A stretch of DNA of 64,000 nt from Anthoceros angustus (lineage: Eukaryota; Plantae; Anthocerotophyta): contig MU008161.1 in the NCBI GenBank assembly GCA_010909165.1, forward strand, positions 1,736,001 to 1,800,000, given 5' to 3'. Every line of letters begins with the position of its first letter. The stretch's first letter is position 1. Shown here in pieces: positions 24,501 to 36,444 of the stretch. Under the pieces are notes generated by a model. It was not told where the DNA came from. It saw nothing but the letters and a program-made list of their open reading frames with translations, and did no database searches. A program made the position numbers and the translations under genes.

Positions 24501-26966
24501 ATGGGGGATGCTTTGTGTGCGCAGTGCGAGCAAGCAAGGGGAAGGATCTTGTGCGTGGACGAGGGGCTGGCGTACTGCAGCAGATGCTCGGCTGAGCTGC
24601 ACAGGAAAAGGGCGCGCAGGCAGCACCGGCTTGAGCTTGTCACGCCTCCTCCCGCTTGCGATGAATGCGAGAAGGCTCAGGCGACTGTAGAGTGCGGGGC
24701 GTGCGGTGGGGGAGAGGAGCCGCTGCTATTCTGCGCTGCTTGTAGTCGGAGTCTTCATGCTCGTGTTGCCCGGTTGCACCACGTGGTGAAGCCTTTTCCC
24801 CAGTTGCTGGTGGAGGCGGGCACGGCGGGGTTAGGGGCTGGCGAGAGCAAGGCGGGGAAGAATGTTCAAGATAGGGTGAGGAATTTGAATTGTGCTGTGA
24901 AGAGCGAGCCGATTGAAGGTTCGTTCGGTGGGGAGCGTATGCACCAGAAGGTGGTTTTCGGTAATCACTTTGTGGAGGTGGAGGTGCCTCTGGGGGCAAC
25001 CGCAGTGCGTAAGCGAGTCGTAGAGGAAGAAGGTGCGGTTCTGGTGGAGAGGGAGCTTCCACATTGTCGCCATAGCTCTGTGGGGCCTGAATCTGGGAAG
25101 AACAAGATTTCTGTCCCGAGTTCTCAGGAGGGAGGAATAGAAGTCAGGAGTGGGATATCCGACTGCGGGCATGCTGGTGCAAGACGTAACGGAAGTCACC
25201 ACGTTGGTGCAGATGCAGGAGTATCCAGGAACACGGCCACCAAAAGGGACCATGACGAGCGGACTCCGGGTTTACATCCTAAACGGCAAAAGCTTAGTCA
25301 AACTAAGTTAAAACCATCCGAGGTCTCTGGAAAAGAGAATGAGGACAACAACAAGGCGGGCAGGCCCATCAAGATCGAGGAGGGTGACGGCCTGTCAACC
25401 AGCACATGTAAGAAAGGCAAGCGTGAAGCTGGGGAAGGACTGTGTAGAGATGATAAGCTTAAACAGAGGTGTGCAAAGCCACTGGAGGATAGCACCAAAA
25501 ACAATTCTGAAGACGAGTACTTCAGCATGGATGATGGTGGATCTCAATCTGACTCCGACTCTGCTTCTTCTGGAGAAGAGGAAGCTGGTGTCCGTCGAAT
25601 CAAACGTGGATCAGTATCGCTTGAAGCATTTGTAGTCACTGCAGAGCATGAAGAGTATGCCGATCACACCACCTCAGGTGTGTGTCTCTTCTCATAGTTT
25701 CTCCGTGACATGGAGCTTATCAGCGGTGAGAAGCTGTTTGGAATGTTGACGCTGGAGGTCCGCGTTGTAGGTGAGGAGCAAGTGGAAGACGCTGGCGGGG
25801 GGGTGAAGGACAGGATCAAGAAGATGCTGAAGCTTGGGTTGCACCCCGACACTCCAGAAGCTGAGGCGCAACAAGCCCTGAAGAATGCACAACGACTTTT
25901 GACCAAGCACAACCTTCAGCAGGTTCACCACATAGTTCACACACTGCTTTCATGGAAGCACCAGACCTAAGCATCAGGATCTCTTGTTCCTGATCCCATG
26001 AAATCCGTTTGTGGTTCATCAGGCTGAGGTCATGAAAGGCGAGCTGAAGGATTCTACGGCACTTGTAGGGGGAATGCGTGTGGTCGAACTTCGAGGGAAA
26101 GGAAGAACGAAACAAGGTCGCTTTGAGCGATGGATCAAGACTCTGGCTTGGGTGATCGCAGAATATTTTGATGTTCAGCATTTTACTCGCGGTGCTACGA
26201 GAACTTCAAAGTTTATACAGGTGCTCCACTTCATCTTCTGGACTGGGTTGGGGGCAGCGATGACGTTTATGAATTTCGCACAAACTAAGCAGCGTTGCTT
26301 TTCTACGTGCAGGTGGTATTCTACGGCATCCGACAGAATGCAGATTGCGCAGGTTATGCATTTGCAGCAACTTTCAACCGGATAACACGGATGTCTGCAG
26401 GATACATAGATCCGGAAAGCAAGAACAGTAGTAATGCTGCGTCGCAACGTAGCACAAACACCAGAATAGCCCGGATGAGCTACAGAGATGGTGTAGTTGA
26501 AGGATTGAGGCAATTCGTGAAGCTGTCTCAGGAGCAACAAAAAGCAGGCTATTCGACCAAAGGTGGGAAGGGACAAGAATCAAATGTGGCCGTATCTGAA
26601 GAGTCTGAAGACGAAGACTATTTCAGCGGAGACGAAGGACCGTCCACCGTAGGCGGTGATGGCGATCACCACAACGCCTTCAACCCTGCGGAATGCAGTG
26701 AGGACAAAAAGGACGCTAAGCTTGCCAAAGCTGAAGAGCGAAGGGTGCAGAGAGGGATGGCAATCTGTGCGTTGGTTGTACATTCAAAAAAAGTTGGGGA
26801 GGATTTCCTGAAAGAAAAGGGGATCAAAATAAGGTTCAAATCCCTGAAGAAGAACGACAGTCGTGTCAATGTGGAAGCGTATTGTCAGGGGAAACAAGAC
26901 TCCAAGCAGATTGATATCAATCAAAAGGGAATTACTTTTGCAACCAAGCATAAATCGAGGAAGTAG
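24501..26966 (+). CDS. Four-exon gene: two B-box-type zinc fingers + low-complexity linker + DUF2786-like domain and associated C-terminal region (726 aa)
   Basis: Exons 24501-25677, 25771-25922, 26023-26220 and 26313-26966; GT-AG introns of 93, 100 and 92 bp that restore frame and remove the TAG at 25695. Motifs CAQC..C..E....CSRC....H and CDEC...CGAC...CAAC....H; KDRIKKMLKLGLHPDTPEAEAQQALKNAQRLLTKHNL; VFYGIRQNA; SYRDGVVEGL. Confidence 0.78.
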
Positions 26967-27295
26967 TATTTCCAAGTGGATCATTTCGCTAGCTTTTCTT
27001 TGAGTGGAAAGTTTCAAGTCTGAATAATTTTCAACATCCTGCTGGGATCCTGATGTCCGAAGTTGCAACCTTCCGACTTTGTGTCAAGGTCAAAAGGGTG
27101 CTATTTCGCACATCAGCTGGGAGTTAGTCTGGGCACTTGGATTGTACTTATTGGCGGCAAACGTTGCAGGTTCTTCCTCAGGTACTCTCTTTACTCCATT
27201 TTCTTTTCCTTTCCGCTGTGGCTACTTCTTTCTATCCGAAATTCCGTCTCATTTAATACAACAGTTGGTATACATACATGAAAAGTATTACATAT

Positions 27296-28201
27296 CTAGG
27301 TTGAGGTTGAGCAAACTTTGACCCCCTTAACAGAAGCGGGCCTTGCCTCGCACCTTGCTTTCCAGGCTTGGACATTTTTAAAGCTGTCTAGATCAAGCTT
27401 TTCGGATGCCTGGTAGAATTTTTCCAGACACAGGACCCAAGGCCAGGTCGCTATATCTGCAATGCTGTAACCATCGTCGATGATATACTCTCGACCTTCC
27501 AACCGCTTCTCCAAAACCCCGAGAAGACGCTTGGTTTCTGTTGCATACCGCTCTACTGCGTATGAATCGGTGGTCTTGTCCTTGGCATACTTGAAGAAAT
27601 GCCCAAACTGTTTCACAGCAATCGTTCGTCAGTTAAACGGCAGTTCCAGTCCATGTACAACTATCACGCTTTCTCCAGAACACTCACCTGTCCAAACATG
27701 GGGCCGACACCAGCCATCTGGAAAAAGACCCACTGAATTGTTTCCCATTTAAGTCGAGGATCCTGAGAAATGAGCTTTCCAGTTTTCTCAGCCAAGTACA
27801 ACAAAATAGCTCCTGACTCGAACAAACTGAAGGGCTTCCCGTCTGCAGAATGGCACCGAATTGTGAGCTCAAACTCCTGACACCGTGCGGAAAAACCTCA
27901 GGAAGAAATGACCCCCAAGCAACTACCTGGGCCATTGGGATCGACAATAGCTGGGATCTTGGAGTTGGGGTTAACAGCGATGAACTCAGGTGTGAACTGG
28001 TCCCCCTTCATGATGTTGATTAAGTGTGCGTCGTATTCCAGACCCAACTCCTCCAGAGCAACCCCAATCTTCAAGGCACCACCCACCTGTTAAGCTTAAC
28101 CAAGCCAAAACAAGGTACTTCAGCAACCACAAATCGAGCCCCGACGATACCTTCTGGCCGTTGGGCGTAGCCAAACTGTAGAGCTGGATCTTTGCCGCCA
28201 T
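27296..28201 (-). CDS. Glutathione S-transferase, Ure2p/YfcG (Nu-class)-like; four exons
   Basis: Exons 28201-28151, 28068-27927, 27842-27688 and 27607-27296 (introns 82, 84 and 80 bp). Motifs LYSLATPNGQK, NPNSKIPAIVD, FESGAILLYLAEK, QMAGVGPMFGQ, YSIADIATWPW. Confidence 0.9.
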
Positions 28202-30124
28202 CGTAGGTAGCGCTTTACCAAACACGCTCCTGCCCTTTCCCACCCGGAATCTGCAGCCTCCTCTTTCTCCAAGGCCTGCCAAACCACGTGCTCACACTCT
28301 TAGTCTTAGCCCACGCGTCTCCTCCACAACAGATCAGTCGCAGTGGCTGCCCACTACCAGACCGTCCACAGGTTTGCTTACGTAGGGGAGCTGCAGGTCT
28401 GAAAGACGAGATCTTTGGGGTAAGTAGGCGTAACATCGACGTGACGAGCCACACCAAGGGGGCACTCGGCTAAAGCATGGGTTGCACTCTGAAGCAAATG
28501 CAAAATGGGTATAAGAAAGAGGAGTGGCCCCAGCATGCGCTTGCCTTGGCTGGTGTACCGGTCTAGAAAAACTCAGCCCAGCGTGTCCCAGCTCTTCAGG
28601 AACTCCGACACCTAAAGGACCAAAATTTGCGAAATTGGAGCGAGCGTTGGTTGGGTTCTCACCTTTCAGGCGCCTTCACAAGCTCGCATGAAGCACCCAG
28701 CGTAAATCACAGGTTGGTGACACAGGTCTTATAGCTGCGTCGGGTATCCGACTGAGCATCCACGTGGCTCACAGTGAGAGGAGAATGGGCATGCCCGAAA
28801 CACTTAGATACCATAAAGCAGGAGCACGAGAAGCTTCGAGTCTGAGGGCGGGCTGCCGAAGAAGCTTCCTGCTAATCAGCAAGGCACATGCATTGGCCAC
28901 GTTCATGCGTATCATACAGTATTCAGAGTACCGATTACATAACTGTGCCCATGCGCCACAGTCCACGACTTCGTTTCGGACATGTCTTAACTCTTCAGGA
29001 GAAGTACATTATGGATATATGACTAAATGTAGCCCTCTTCCCCACACCCACTTGAGGACGTGAACTGTGTATCGAGGAGCGCCACTTGCTCGAAATTGTA
29101 TACTTGTCCAAAGCACAACTGATCTATGGAATCGGAGTCCCGATCTCGGGAGCAAATAGATGAAGCTGGGCAACCCAACGTCGAACAACAAAAACGCACA
29201 CATGATTGGATCCCACCACAAGACAAATGTGGTTCACAACTGTTGGCCCTCCAGCCAATCCCACCAGTCCCCGTGCCCAACAAGACCTGGTCTTGATTAC
29301 ACCTTACAAAAGTGTGCAAGAAACAATCACCGTCTTTACTTCCTAGTCGACTCTGGCTTCTTCTCCTCCAAAACGTTGGGAGGGCCGTGCCAAGGGAGCT
29401 GGTGCCAAAGAGCTAGCTAGGCTGACCAGGCGGAGTCTCCATACCACCACATATCGAGCGGGCCCGGGCACAAACACAAAGGGGTGCACACTGGTGACGA
29501 TTACTAGGAATGGTTGGGGACTTCTGCGAATGTGAGCCAAGAAATACTAAATGATACAAGCATAGCTGGCCAGCTTCTTGAGCAATAAATGTACCAGGAT
29601 ATAAGGGGGTCCTCCGTCACAGGAGGAACAAAGTGAATGGCCGTAGCTGGACCATGTCGGAAACTGTGCGGAGTATGAAGTGGACCTTCAGAGTTCACAC
29701 GCAATTATAGCATACTATCCTGGTTTCAATAAAGTTGAACCCGCAACTCAATGCTCGCTAGTGCACAAGCACAAGCACAAATCTGCCATGATGTTCCTTT
29801 CCTTCCATCAGCATACCTAGCTATGCTCTTCTGCTGACAACTTCAAGAATCCGATGGGTTCAATACCAACCTCTGCACCAGCATGTTCCACAAGCGGGCG
29901 CACAGTTACCTTGACAAGTCTCTCTTCCAGTGTCCACCCTCTTGCCATGCGGACAGCAGCGTCACAGGCCATGGTGACCATTTAATCTCCACAAATAGCC
30001 CAGGTGGCGAGTAAAATTCATGAGAGATGAACTCGTATACACCTGTGACATGTCCACGCAATCTTAGGGGCCACACAGATGTCGGCTCCGTCGGCACTCC
30101 AGAGAGAAACCAGAATTGCACTTG

Positions 30125-32371
30125 TTATGCCTTCCTTCTGAGAGTGCCCTTTGGGAAGCAGCTTAATCGGCTGAAAACTAGACCAGATTTCGGCAAATCT
30201 CCCTTGGAGAGATTGCTGTTGTAGACTTCCCTGCACTCATTGACCACTTCCTTTGCATCTTTGCGAGGGATGCCCTCTCTAAGGGCCACTAACTTCTCAA
30301 CCACTTCAGGTGGACAATCAGGATGACCTTGGAGGAGATGTGTGTACGCAAGTGTAAAAGCATCCACACTCTCTGCTGATGCAAGCTCTCTAAGCTCTGC
30401 CAGCGGCTGAATTCTTTTGTCTACTTTGGCGCTGTTGATGTACTCCTTGAAGAATTCTCCGATGACCTCCTCATCAACCCTCAGCCTGTCCAGAGTCTCT
30501 TCCTTGATGTAGTTCCTCTGAGTTAAAAGGTGATCTACATAGACGATGATGGTCTCTTCCATGCAAGCCTCAGCAAACCTTTGGAAGGAACGGTCATCTA
30601 TGTACATTTTCACATCTCCAAAATAATCACCAAAGGTTGCCACAAGATACTCTGTCACCAACCCATCATACCAGTCTTTGAGGTAGAGCTTTGCAACCAG
30701 CTCCTTGACACCGGGGTCTTCAAATATAACACGGCATGTCTGTTGCACTGCCTCCTTAGCAATCTCTAAGAAGCCCTTGCAGGTATCCTCAAAGTTGACC
30801 TGTTCGGCATAATAAGGAGTAAGGGACTCCATCAGGCTGCTGCTGAGATCCATGGCCAAGCTATAGCATCGAATGTTGTTGTTGATCATGGCACACAAAG
30901 GCTCCAGTCCGATCTCTGTCACCGGATCTTCAAGTCTCTGCCTTTCCGCAACCTGAAACGCACTCATCACCTGGATAACTGCAAGAGCCACCCTGTAAAG
31001 CATAACATCGGTGCTGTTCTCCTGCACATACTGCACCTGCTCACTCAGAATCCTGAAGAGATCCACGGCAGCAGGGGTCCACAGCTTGCCATCCTCACTC
31101 TTCTTGGGGGGCTGGGTCTTATCAGCCTCCAAGATGTTGGTATACCACTTCTGCATAGTCCCCTGCATTCGGTAGACGTAGACATCCATGAGCGGATCCA
31201 TGGCCCCGCTCTCAGCACAGACTTGAGTCAGCTGCTCATCAACCCCTAGGTTCCCTAACTGCACCTGATACTGCACCACCCACGCCGTCACCTTCAAGAT
31301 CTCCAAATTAGACAAGTCCTTGGCCCGGTCTCCAAGCTTCCTAAGCATCTGGATGAACCTCTCGGTATACAGCTGCACCATGAGCTGGAAAATTTCGTAT
31401 CGCGGAGGGAAGCAAGGCGCCACATAGTCGTAGATATCAGGCAATTCTGCCGCAATTGCGCTAGCCTCAGCCAGCGCAGCCTTGAGGTCCGTGTCCAGCA
31501 CCAGCGTGGAGAGCAGGTTGTCGAACCTGGATTCCACAGATTTGCGCATTTCCTCATAACACCGGTCCTTAAACCGCCGGCCTGCAGGCTTAGGCTTGCC
31601 ATCGCCATTCCCGTGCTCCTCCGGCGGCTTCCGGCTCCCTCTGACAGTCGAGAGAGACGCAACAGGCCCGGCCCCCTCCGCCTCCGCCGTGTCCTCCGCC
31701 TGCTGCTGGTCCAGAATCTCCTGCATCTCCACCACTCTGAGGGCCCGCACCAGCGTCTGCGGGCTGGACTTGGAGAGCTGGAAGAAGTTGGCCACATGGC
31801 CCCAGAGCGTCTGCTCGAACTTCTCCCGCGTGCCGTTCACGTCCTCGAAATACTGGCTGAGCTTGCTGGCCTCCTCCTGGCGGGACGAGGCGGCGGCGAG
31901 CGCAAACCTCCGCTTCCCCTCCAGCGCGGCCAGGCGCTCAAACGTGCGCACCAATTCGCGGTCATCGGCGAGCGAGGCCCGCGCCTCGCTCGCCTCCACC
32001 GAGATGGACATCATGCCCTCGACATCCTTGAGCGTGGTGTTGAGGTTGTTGCGCGCATTGCTGAGCAGCTTGATCTGGTCGTGGTGCTCAATCAGCGTCT
32101 GGCACTCGCGGCAGAGCTGGTCGATGAGCAGAAACGACTCCCGCAGCTGCGTGATGGTCACCTGCGCGGCTCCCAGCGCCCCGATCCCGGCCCGCGCGTG
32201 CTCCACCTGCGCCATCACGCTGCTGCTCAGCTGCGTGTCGTGCGCCTGCAGCCGCTGCGCGTACTCGGCCCGCATGCTTGTGATGGACGCCAGCGACTCT
32301 GGCAGCGGCAGCAGCTTCGCCACCTCCCGCACTGCCGCCTCCTTCGCCTCGATCCCTGCATCCTCCAACAT
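30125..32371 (-). CDS. SEC6: Exocyst complex component SEC6; intronless, 748 aa
   Basis: [24 protein letters not shown] start; [40 protein letters not shown] and [19 protein letters not shown] match plant SEC6. Confidence 0.95.
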   Translation of the reverse strand: MLEDAGIEAKEAAVREVAKLLPLPESLASITSMRAEYAQRLQAHDTQLSSSVMAQVEHARAGIGALGAAQVTITQLRESFLLIDQLCRECQTLIEHHDQIKLLSNARNNLNTTLKDVEGMMSISVEASEARASLADDRELVRTFERLAALEGKRRFALAAASSRQEEASKLSQYFEDVNGTREKFEQTLWGHVANFFQLSKSSPQTLVRALRVVEMQEILDQQQAEDTAEAEGAGPVASLSTVRGSRKPPEEHGNGDGKPKPAGRRFKDRCYEEMRKSVESRFDNLLSTLVLDTDLKAALAEASAIAAELPDIYDYVAPCFPPRYEIFQLMVQLYTERFIQMLRKLGDRAKDLSNLEILKVTAWVVQYQVQLGNLGVDEQLTQVCAESGAMDPLMDVYVYRMQGTMQKWYTNILEADKTQPPKKSEDGKLWTPAAVDLFRILSEQVQYVQENSTDVMLYRVALAVIQVMSAFQVAERQRLEDPVTEIGLEPLCAMINNNIRCYSLAMDLSSSLMESLTPYYAEQVNFEDTCKGFLEIAKEAVQQTCRVIFEDPGVKELVAKLYLKDWYDGLVTEYLVATFGDYFGDVKMYIDDRSFQRFAEACMEETIIVYVDHLLTQRNYIKEETLDRLRVDEEVIGEFFKEYINSAKVDKRIQPLAELRELASAESVDAFTLAYTHLLQGHPDCPPEVVEKLVALREGIPRKDAKEVVNECREVYNSNLSKGDLPKSGLVFSRLSCFPKGTLRRKA

Positions 32372-33253
32372 CGTGCTCTGCTGCCGCGCTCTGTCCGCCG
32401 CTGCTACTGCTGCTCCCTTGGAACCAGCTCTTCCTCCTCTCAAACATCCCGATTCACGTTTCCTCCGCCGGCCACTCTGGTCACGACACTACTCGACTGT
32501 CCGTCGTCAATATCGACTTCTGTCGCCCGCATGACCTAAATAAAAGCAAGCCCAGTCCATCTTTCCCGTTTTTAGTGTCAGAATCAGATCCTTCCCCTGA
32601 AACGGTCCTGTGTGAGTACTTATCTACCTACACACGCGCATGCGCATTTAACTGTATGCATTATTGGCTGGACGCAGTCTGCTCTCCGCAATGTGAGCCT
32701 CCACTGTTCAATGATGCAAGGCTTCCGTGATCCTTCCATGTCTCCTCCTCTGGGATGCACCATGGACTTCACGAGTTCACAACTTCACACGGCTACTATG
32801 ACTTATTCTCATGGCCAGCATCTGTTTGCACGAAATGAGCTCCCATTCAACATGCCTCATTACGAAAACGGAACATGAGGATGGCCTCATCCATTTCCCT
32901 CCAGGGTTTCTCTCAGAGCCTCTTGAACAAACCACTGTTCTTCTTCATTCAAATGACCAGAAGTTCTGGCATGCCAATCGGGAAATGCCTGCCATCCCGG
33001 AACTGGGCCCACTGTTGCAGTCCCCAGTCCCCTCGAGGCTCTAAACTGTGGGATCATAGTCTGATGAACGTGCAGGATACGCAAACTTGTCCTGCCACTG
33101 TCGTCCCGGGAGACTTCTGAAAGGGTTGGAGCATTTTTCTGGATGTTTTGATAGTCCGGCCTCTTACGAATAGGAGCTCCCGGGGCAGGCCTGTTGTGGG
33201 GGACGGGATTGTGCTCAGAAAATGTGCTGCAGAGCTATATCTTGCTCGAGCAT

Positions 33254-35686
33254 ATGACAGGACGAATGGCTACCCTTTCTCTGTCGAGCACAGGTCCGTG
33301 CGGATGGTTTCACAACAAATCCTTTTGGTGTCGTTTGTCGCCTAACAATGTGGCGTCCAGCTCCAGGAAAGGTGGGAAGGGAGGAAGGCTCTTCTCCGAC
33401 AGGTCCCAAGTACACGCACCCTGGTTGAGTGTCGACGGCAATGAGGGGCATGTGAGAGCTGGGTTTGATTTGGCTTCACTGGGAAGAGAGAGTCTCCTGG
33501 AAGGATGTGAGCATCGTCCGTGCTTCGACCTGGATTTGGCAGTGCTTCTTGCAGGTTTTGCTTTTGAGTCTTACAACACTCCCCCGGAGAAGGCTGGTAT
33601 CAGGGAAGTAGACGCTATTGATTGTGAGGTCACCTACACCGATAATCAATTCCTCAGGGAAGTGTACAAGGGACTGCTGAAAGTAAAGCTCAAAGGAGGT
33701 ACCAACCTACCTGGCCTAGATCTGTGGGGCACAAGCGATCCTTACGTGGTATTCAACATTGGAGGAACTGTTGCACGGAGTAGGACCTGTTGGGCTACTC
33801 TGAAGCCCGTGTGGAACGAGGCATTTAGCCTGAATGTGAAGGATCCAAGCAGTCAACTTCTCAGCATTGCTGCATGGGATGCCAACATCATCACAGCACA
33901 CAGGAGGCTGGGGAACACGAGTGTCAGTTTGGAGCCCTTTGCCGATGGGGAGAAGCATGTGTTGGAAGTTCAGCTTGAAGGTATCGGTGGTGGAGGTGTT
34001 CTAACTCTTGAGATCCAGTACAGAACGTTTGAGCAGCTGGATCTGGAGAACCGTGGATGGGGGATTAACCTGCTGTCAGAGTTTCTGAAAAGTGAAATGC
34101 TGGATTCTGCCATCAGATCAGTGTTTGGGAAACAAGGTATCAAAGCACGGGACTTCGTTAGTTCAGCCTTTGGGTTGGACCCTACAAGCCAGCTCAGTGC
34201 TGGATCAACGACCTCCACAGATAACGAAGGTGGCTCAGAAGACAAAACAGCAACCTCCTCTGGCTCAAAAAATGAAGGGAAGGGGTCAGCCAGTGATGAC
34301 CTTGATTGGAAGTACTTGCAGCCAGTAAGCAGTGCAGTTACTCGGGCGATTGAGTTCTTCCGGTTAGGGCCTGCAGAACTTCCAAGAATTGATCTGTCTA
34401 ACTGGCAACTTGATGACAAGATGATGGCCATTGGTTTAGAGTCTCAGGCCAAGGCCGAAGCTCAATATGTTGAAAGGGGGCTAGCGTTACCTGGTGAGCA
34501 GGAGGGAGGCAAACTGAGTGGTACACCAACTGTCACAACCTCAAATCCAAAAGACTTGCAGCAAGTATCCAGGGATACCCTCCATCAAACGGAAGAAATT
34601 CTTGGCTCATGGATGATGCAAACATTGGCTGCAACCGGAGCCTTGAATGAGAGCACAGCTTCTCACAGCGAAGAGCGAGGTAAAGAGAGCGATGACCCAT
34701 CTGGACGAAACGTAGCAAGGCAGAAAGCTACAAAAGACATCTTCAAGACAGCTGAAAGTGCAATGGAGGCTTGGGCAATGCTGGCTACTGCATCTGGAAG
34801 TCGAAGTTTTGTGAAGTCTGAGTTTGACAAAATTTGCTTTGTGGAAAACAAGAGAACAGACACTCAAGTTGCTGTGTGGAGGGACGACAGACGGAAACGA
34901 GTCGTTGTTGCCTTTCGAGGAACAGAGCAGACAAAGTGGAAAGATGTTCAGACTGATCTTATGCTCGTACCCACCGGGTTGAACCCAGAAAGAGTGGGAG
35001 GAGGATACAGCAAGGACGAAATCATGGTGCACAGCGGTTTTCTGACCGCTTACGATTCTGTGAGACCGCGTCTTCTTGCAATCACACAGGACATAGTGCA
35101 GACGGGCAACAGTCCTGATGACAGCAAACGTCATGTGCCATGGCATGTGTATGTGACTGGGCACAGCCTTGGTGGTGCCCTTGCCACACTGTATGCCCTG
35201 GAGCTTGCCAAGTCCAAGCTCGCAAAGGCCGGCCTGATCAGCGTATCCATGTACAACTATGGCTCTCCCAGAGTGGGAAACAAGGCCTTCGCGGAGAAAT
35301 ACAACGAGCTAGTAAAAGACAGCTGGCGCATCGTGAACCATCGAGACATCATCCCAACCGTGCCAAGACTCATGGGCTATCGCCATGTAGCGGAGCCCAT
35401 CTACCTGGCGAAGGGCATAAATCTGCTGGGCCAGGAGGAGACTCTGGACCTGTTAGAAGATGGCTACCGAGGAGACACTATTGGCGAAGTTTGTCCTGAC
35501 TACATCATGGAGGAGGTAGTGAGAGGCGAGATGCAGCTGCTGGAGAAGCTGATCCACACAGAGGTAGCCATGTTTAAGTCGATCAGGGACGGCAGTGCAA
35601 TTATGCAGCACATGGAGGACTTCTACTACATTGCACTACTGGAGCTTGTGGAGACGAAGATGACTAGTGGCAGGAGAAGCCTGTAA
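33254..35686 (+). CDS. Plastid-type C2-domain class 3 lipase (At4g13550/HIL1-like); intronless
   Basis: FDLDLAVLLAGFAFESYN, C2 domain GLDLWGTSDPYVV...PVWNE, AFRGTEQTKWKD, GHSLGG catalytic motif, RIVNHRDIIPTVPRLMGY. Start could be 33254 or 33266. Confidence 0.9.
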   Translation: MTGRMATLSLSSTGPCGWFHNKSFWCRLSPNNVASSSRKGGKGGRLFSDRSQVHAPWLSVDGNEGHVRAGFDLASLGRESLLEGCEHRPCFDLDLAVLLAGFAFESYNTPPEKAGIREVDAIDCEVTYTDNQFLREVYKGLLKVKLKGGTNLPGLDLWGTSDPYVVFNIGGTVARSRTCWATLKPVWNEAFSLNVKDPSSQLLSIAAWDANIITAHRRLGNTSVSLEPFADGEKHVLEVQLEGIGGGGVLTLEIQYRTFEQLDLENRGWGINLLSEFLKSEMLDSAIRSVFGKQGIKARDFVSSAFGLDPTSQLSAGSTTSTDNEGGSEDKTATSSGSKNEGKGSASDDLDWKYLQPVSSAVTRAIEFFRLGPAELPRIDLSNWQLDDKMMAIGLESQAKAEAQYVERGLALPGEQEGGKLSGTPTVTTSNPKDLQQVSRDTLHQTEEILGSWMMQTLAATGALNESTASHSEERGKESDDPSGRNVARQKATKDIFKTAESAMEAWAMLATASGSRSFVKSEFDKICFVENKRTDTQVAVWRDDRRKRVVVAFRGTEQTKWKDVQTDLMLVPTGLNPERVGGGYSKDEIMVHSGFLTAYDSVRPRLLAITQDIVQTGNSPDDSKRHVPWHVYVTGHSLGGALATLYALELAKSKLAKAGLISVSMYNYGSPRVGNKAFAEKYNELVKDSWRIVNHRDIIPTVPRLMGYRHVAEPIYLAKGINLLGQEETLDLLEDGYRGDTIGEVCPDYIMEEVVRGEMQLLEKLIHTEVAMFKSIRDGSAIMQHMEDFYYIALLELVETKMTSGRRSL

Positions 35687-36375
35687 ATCGCCCCAGTTAG
35701 ATAAATCAAAGCCCTCTGCCCTCTCAGTCAGGTTCCTACACAGGTCCCCGGATCCTGAATTCTCTGCAATGCTGACTACATGAGATGAACATGGGACTGG
35801 CTTGTCTCTAGCACAGGACCAAATCAGCCCCAGTAAAAAAAGCTTCCCAGTCCTCCACCAATCCAGTGTGGCGACTTGGAATCAGTGGCCGAAATTAGGG
35901 CAAGCTTTCAGCCCATCTTCGTGGAAGTGTGCGGACCATTCCGCATGGTCGATCCCACCGAAGAACGGAAATGCTCATGTGCAGTTCTTCGTCGACCAGA
36001 TCTGCACACTCTGCACTCTGCAGACTCTGTACTGCAGCGTAGATGCTGTTCCAGGAACTGGTGCACGAGGTGGCCTGCTGTGGACCGTTGAAGAAAAAAG
36101 CGTGCGACAACGCTTTGGCTGCTTGCGGCAATGTGACGGCATTGGAACTTCATGGGAAGGAGCAGAGAATCGGAGCGAGCGACGGTGGGCCATGGACACC
36201 GGTGCTCGCCTTCGCACCACGTTGAAAATATGGATGCCTGGCCACCGAGAGCGTTTGCCTGAAGGCTGAGGGATGAATTCAACACACCTCGCCTGGCCTT
36301 CGCTGACCGACCCCGACCTGTGCTAGAGGCGGGTGGATTCTCTGCGGCTGCTGCTGCTGGTCTGTATCCACGGCA

Positions 36376-36411
36376 ATGTCGCAGGAGCAGCATGCGATCC
36401 GCATTGGCAAA

Positions 36412-36444
<33 letters not shown>

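Noticed and set aside
25678-25770. Stop-codon readthrough or two separate genes at the TAG at 25695
   Set aside because: A 93-bp GT-AG intron of matching phase removes the stop, which is the simpler explanation.
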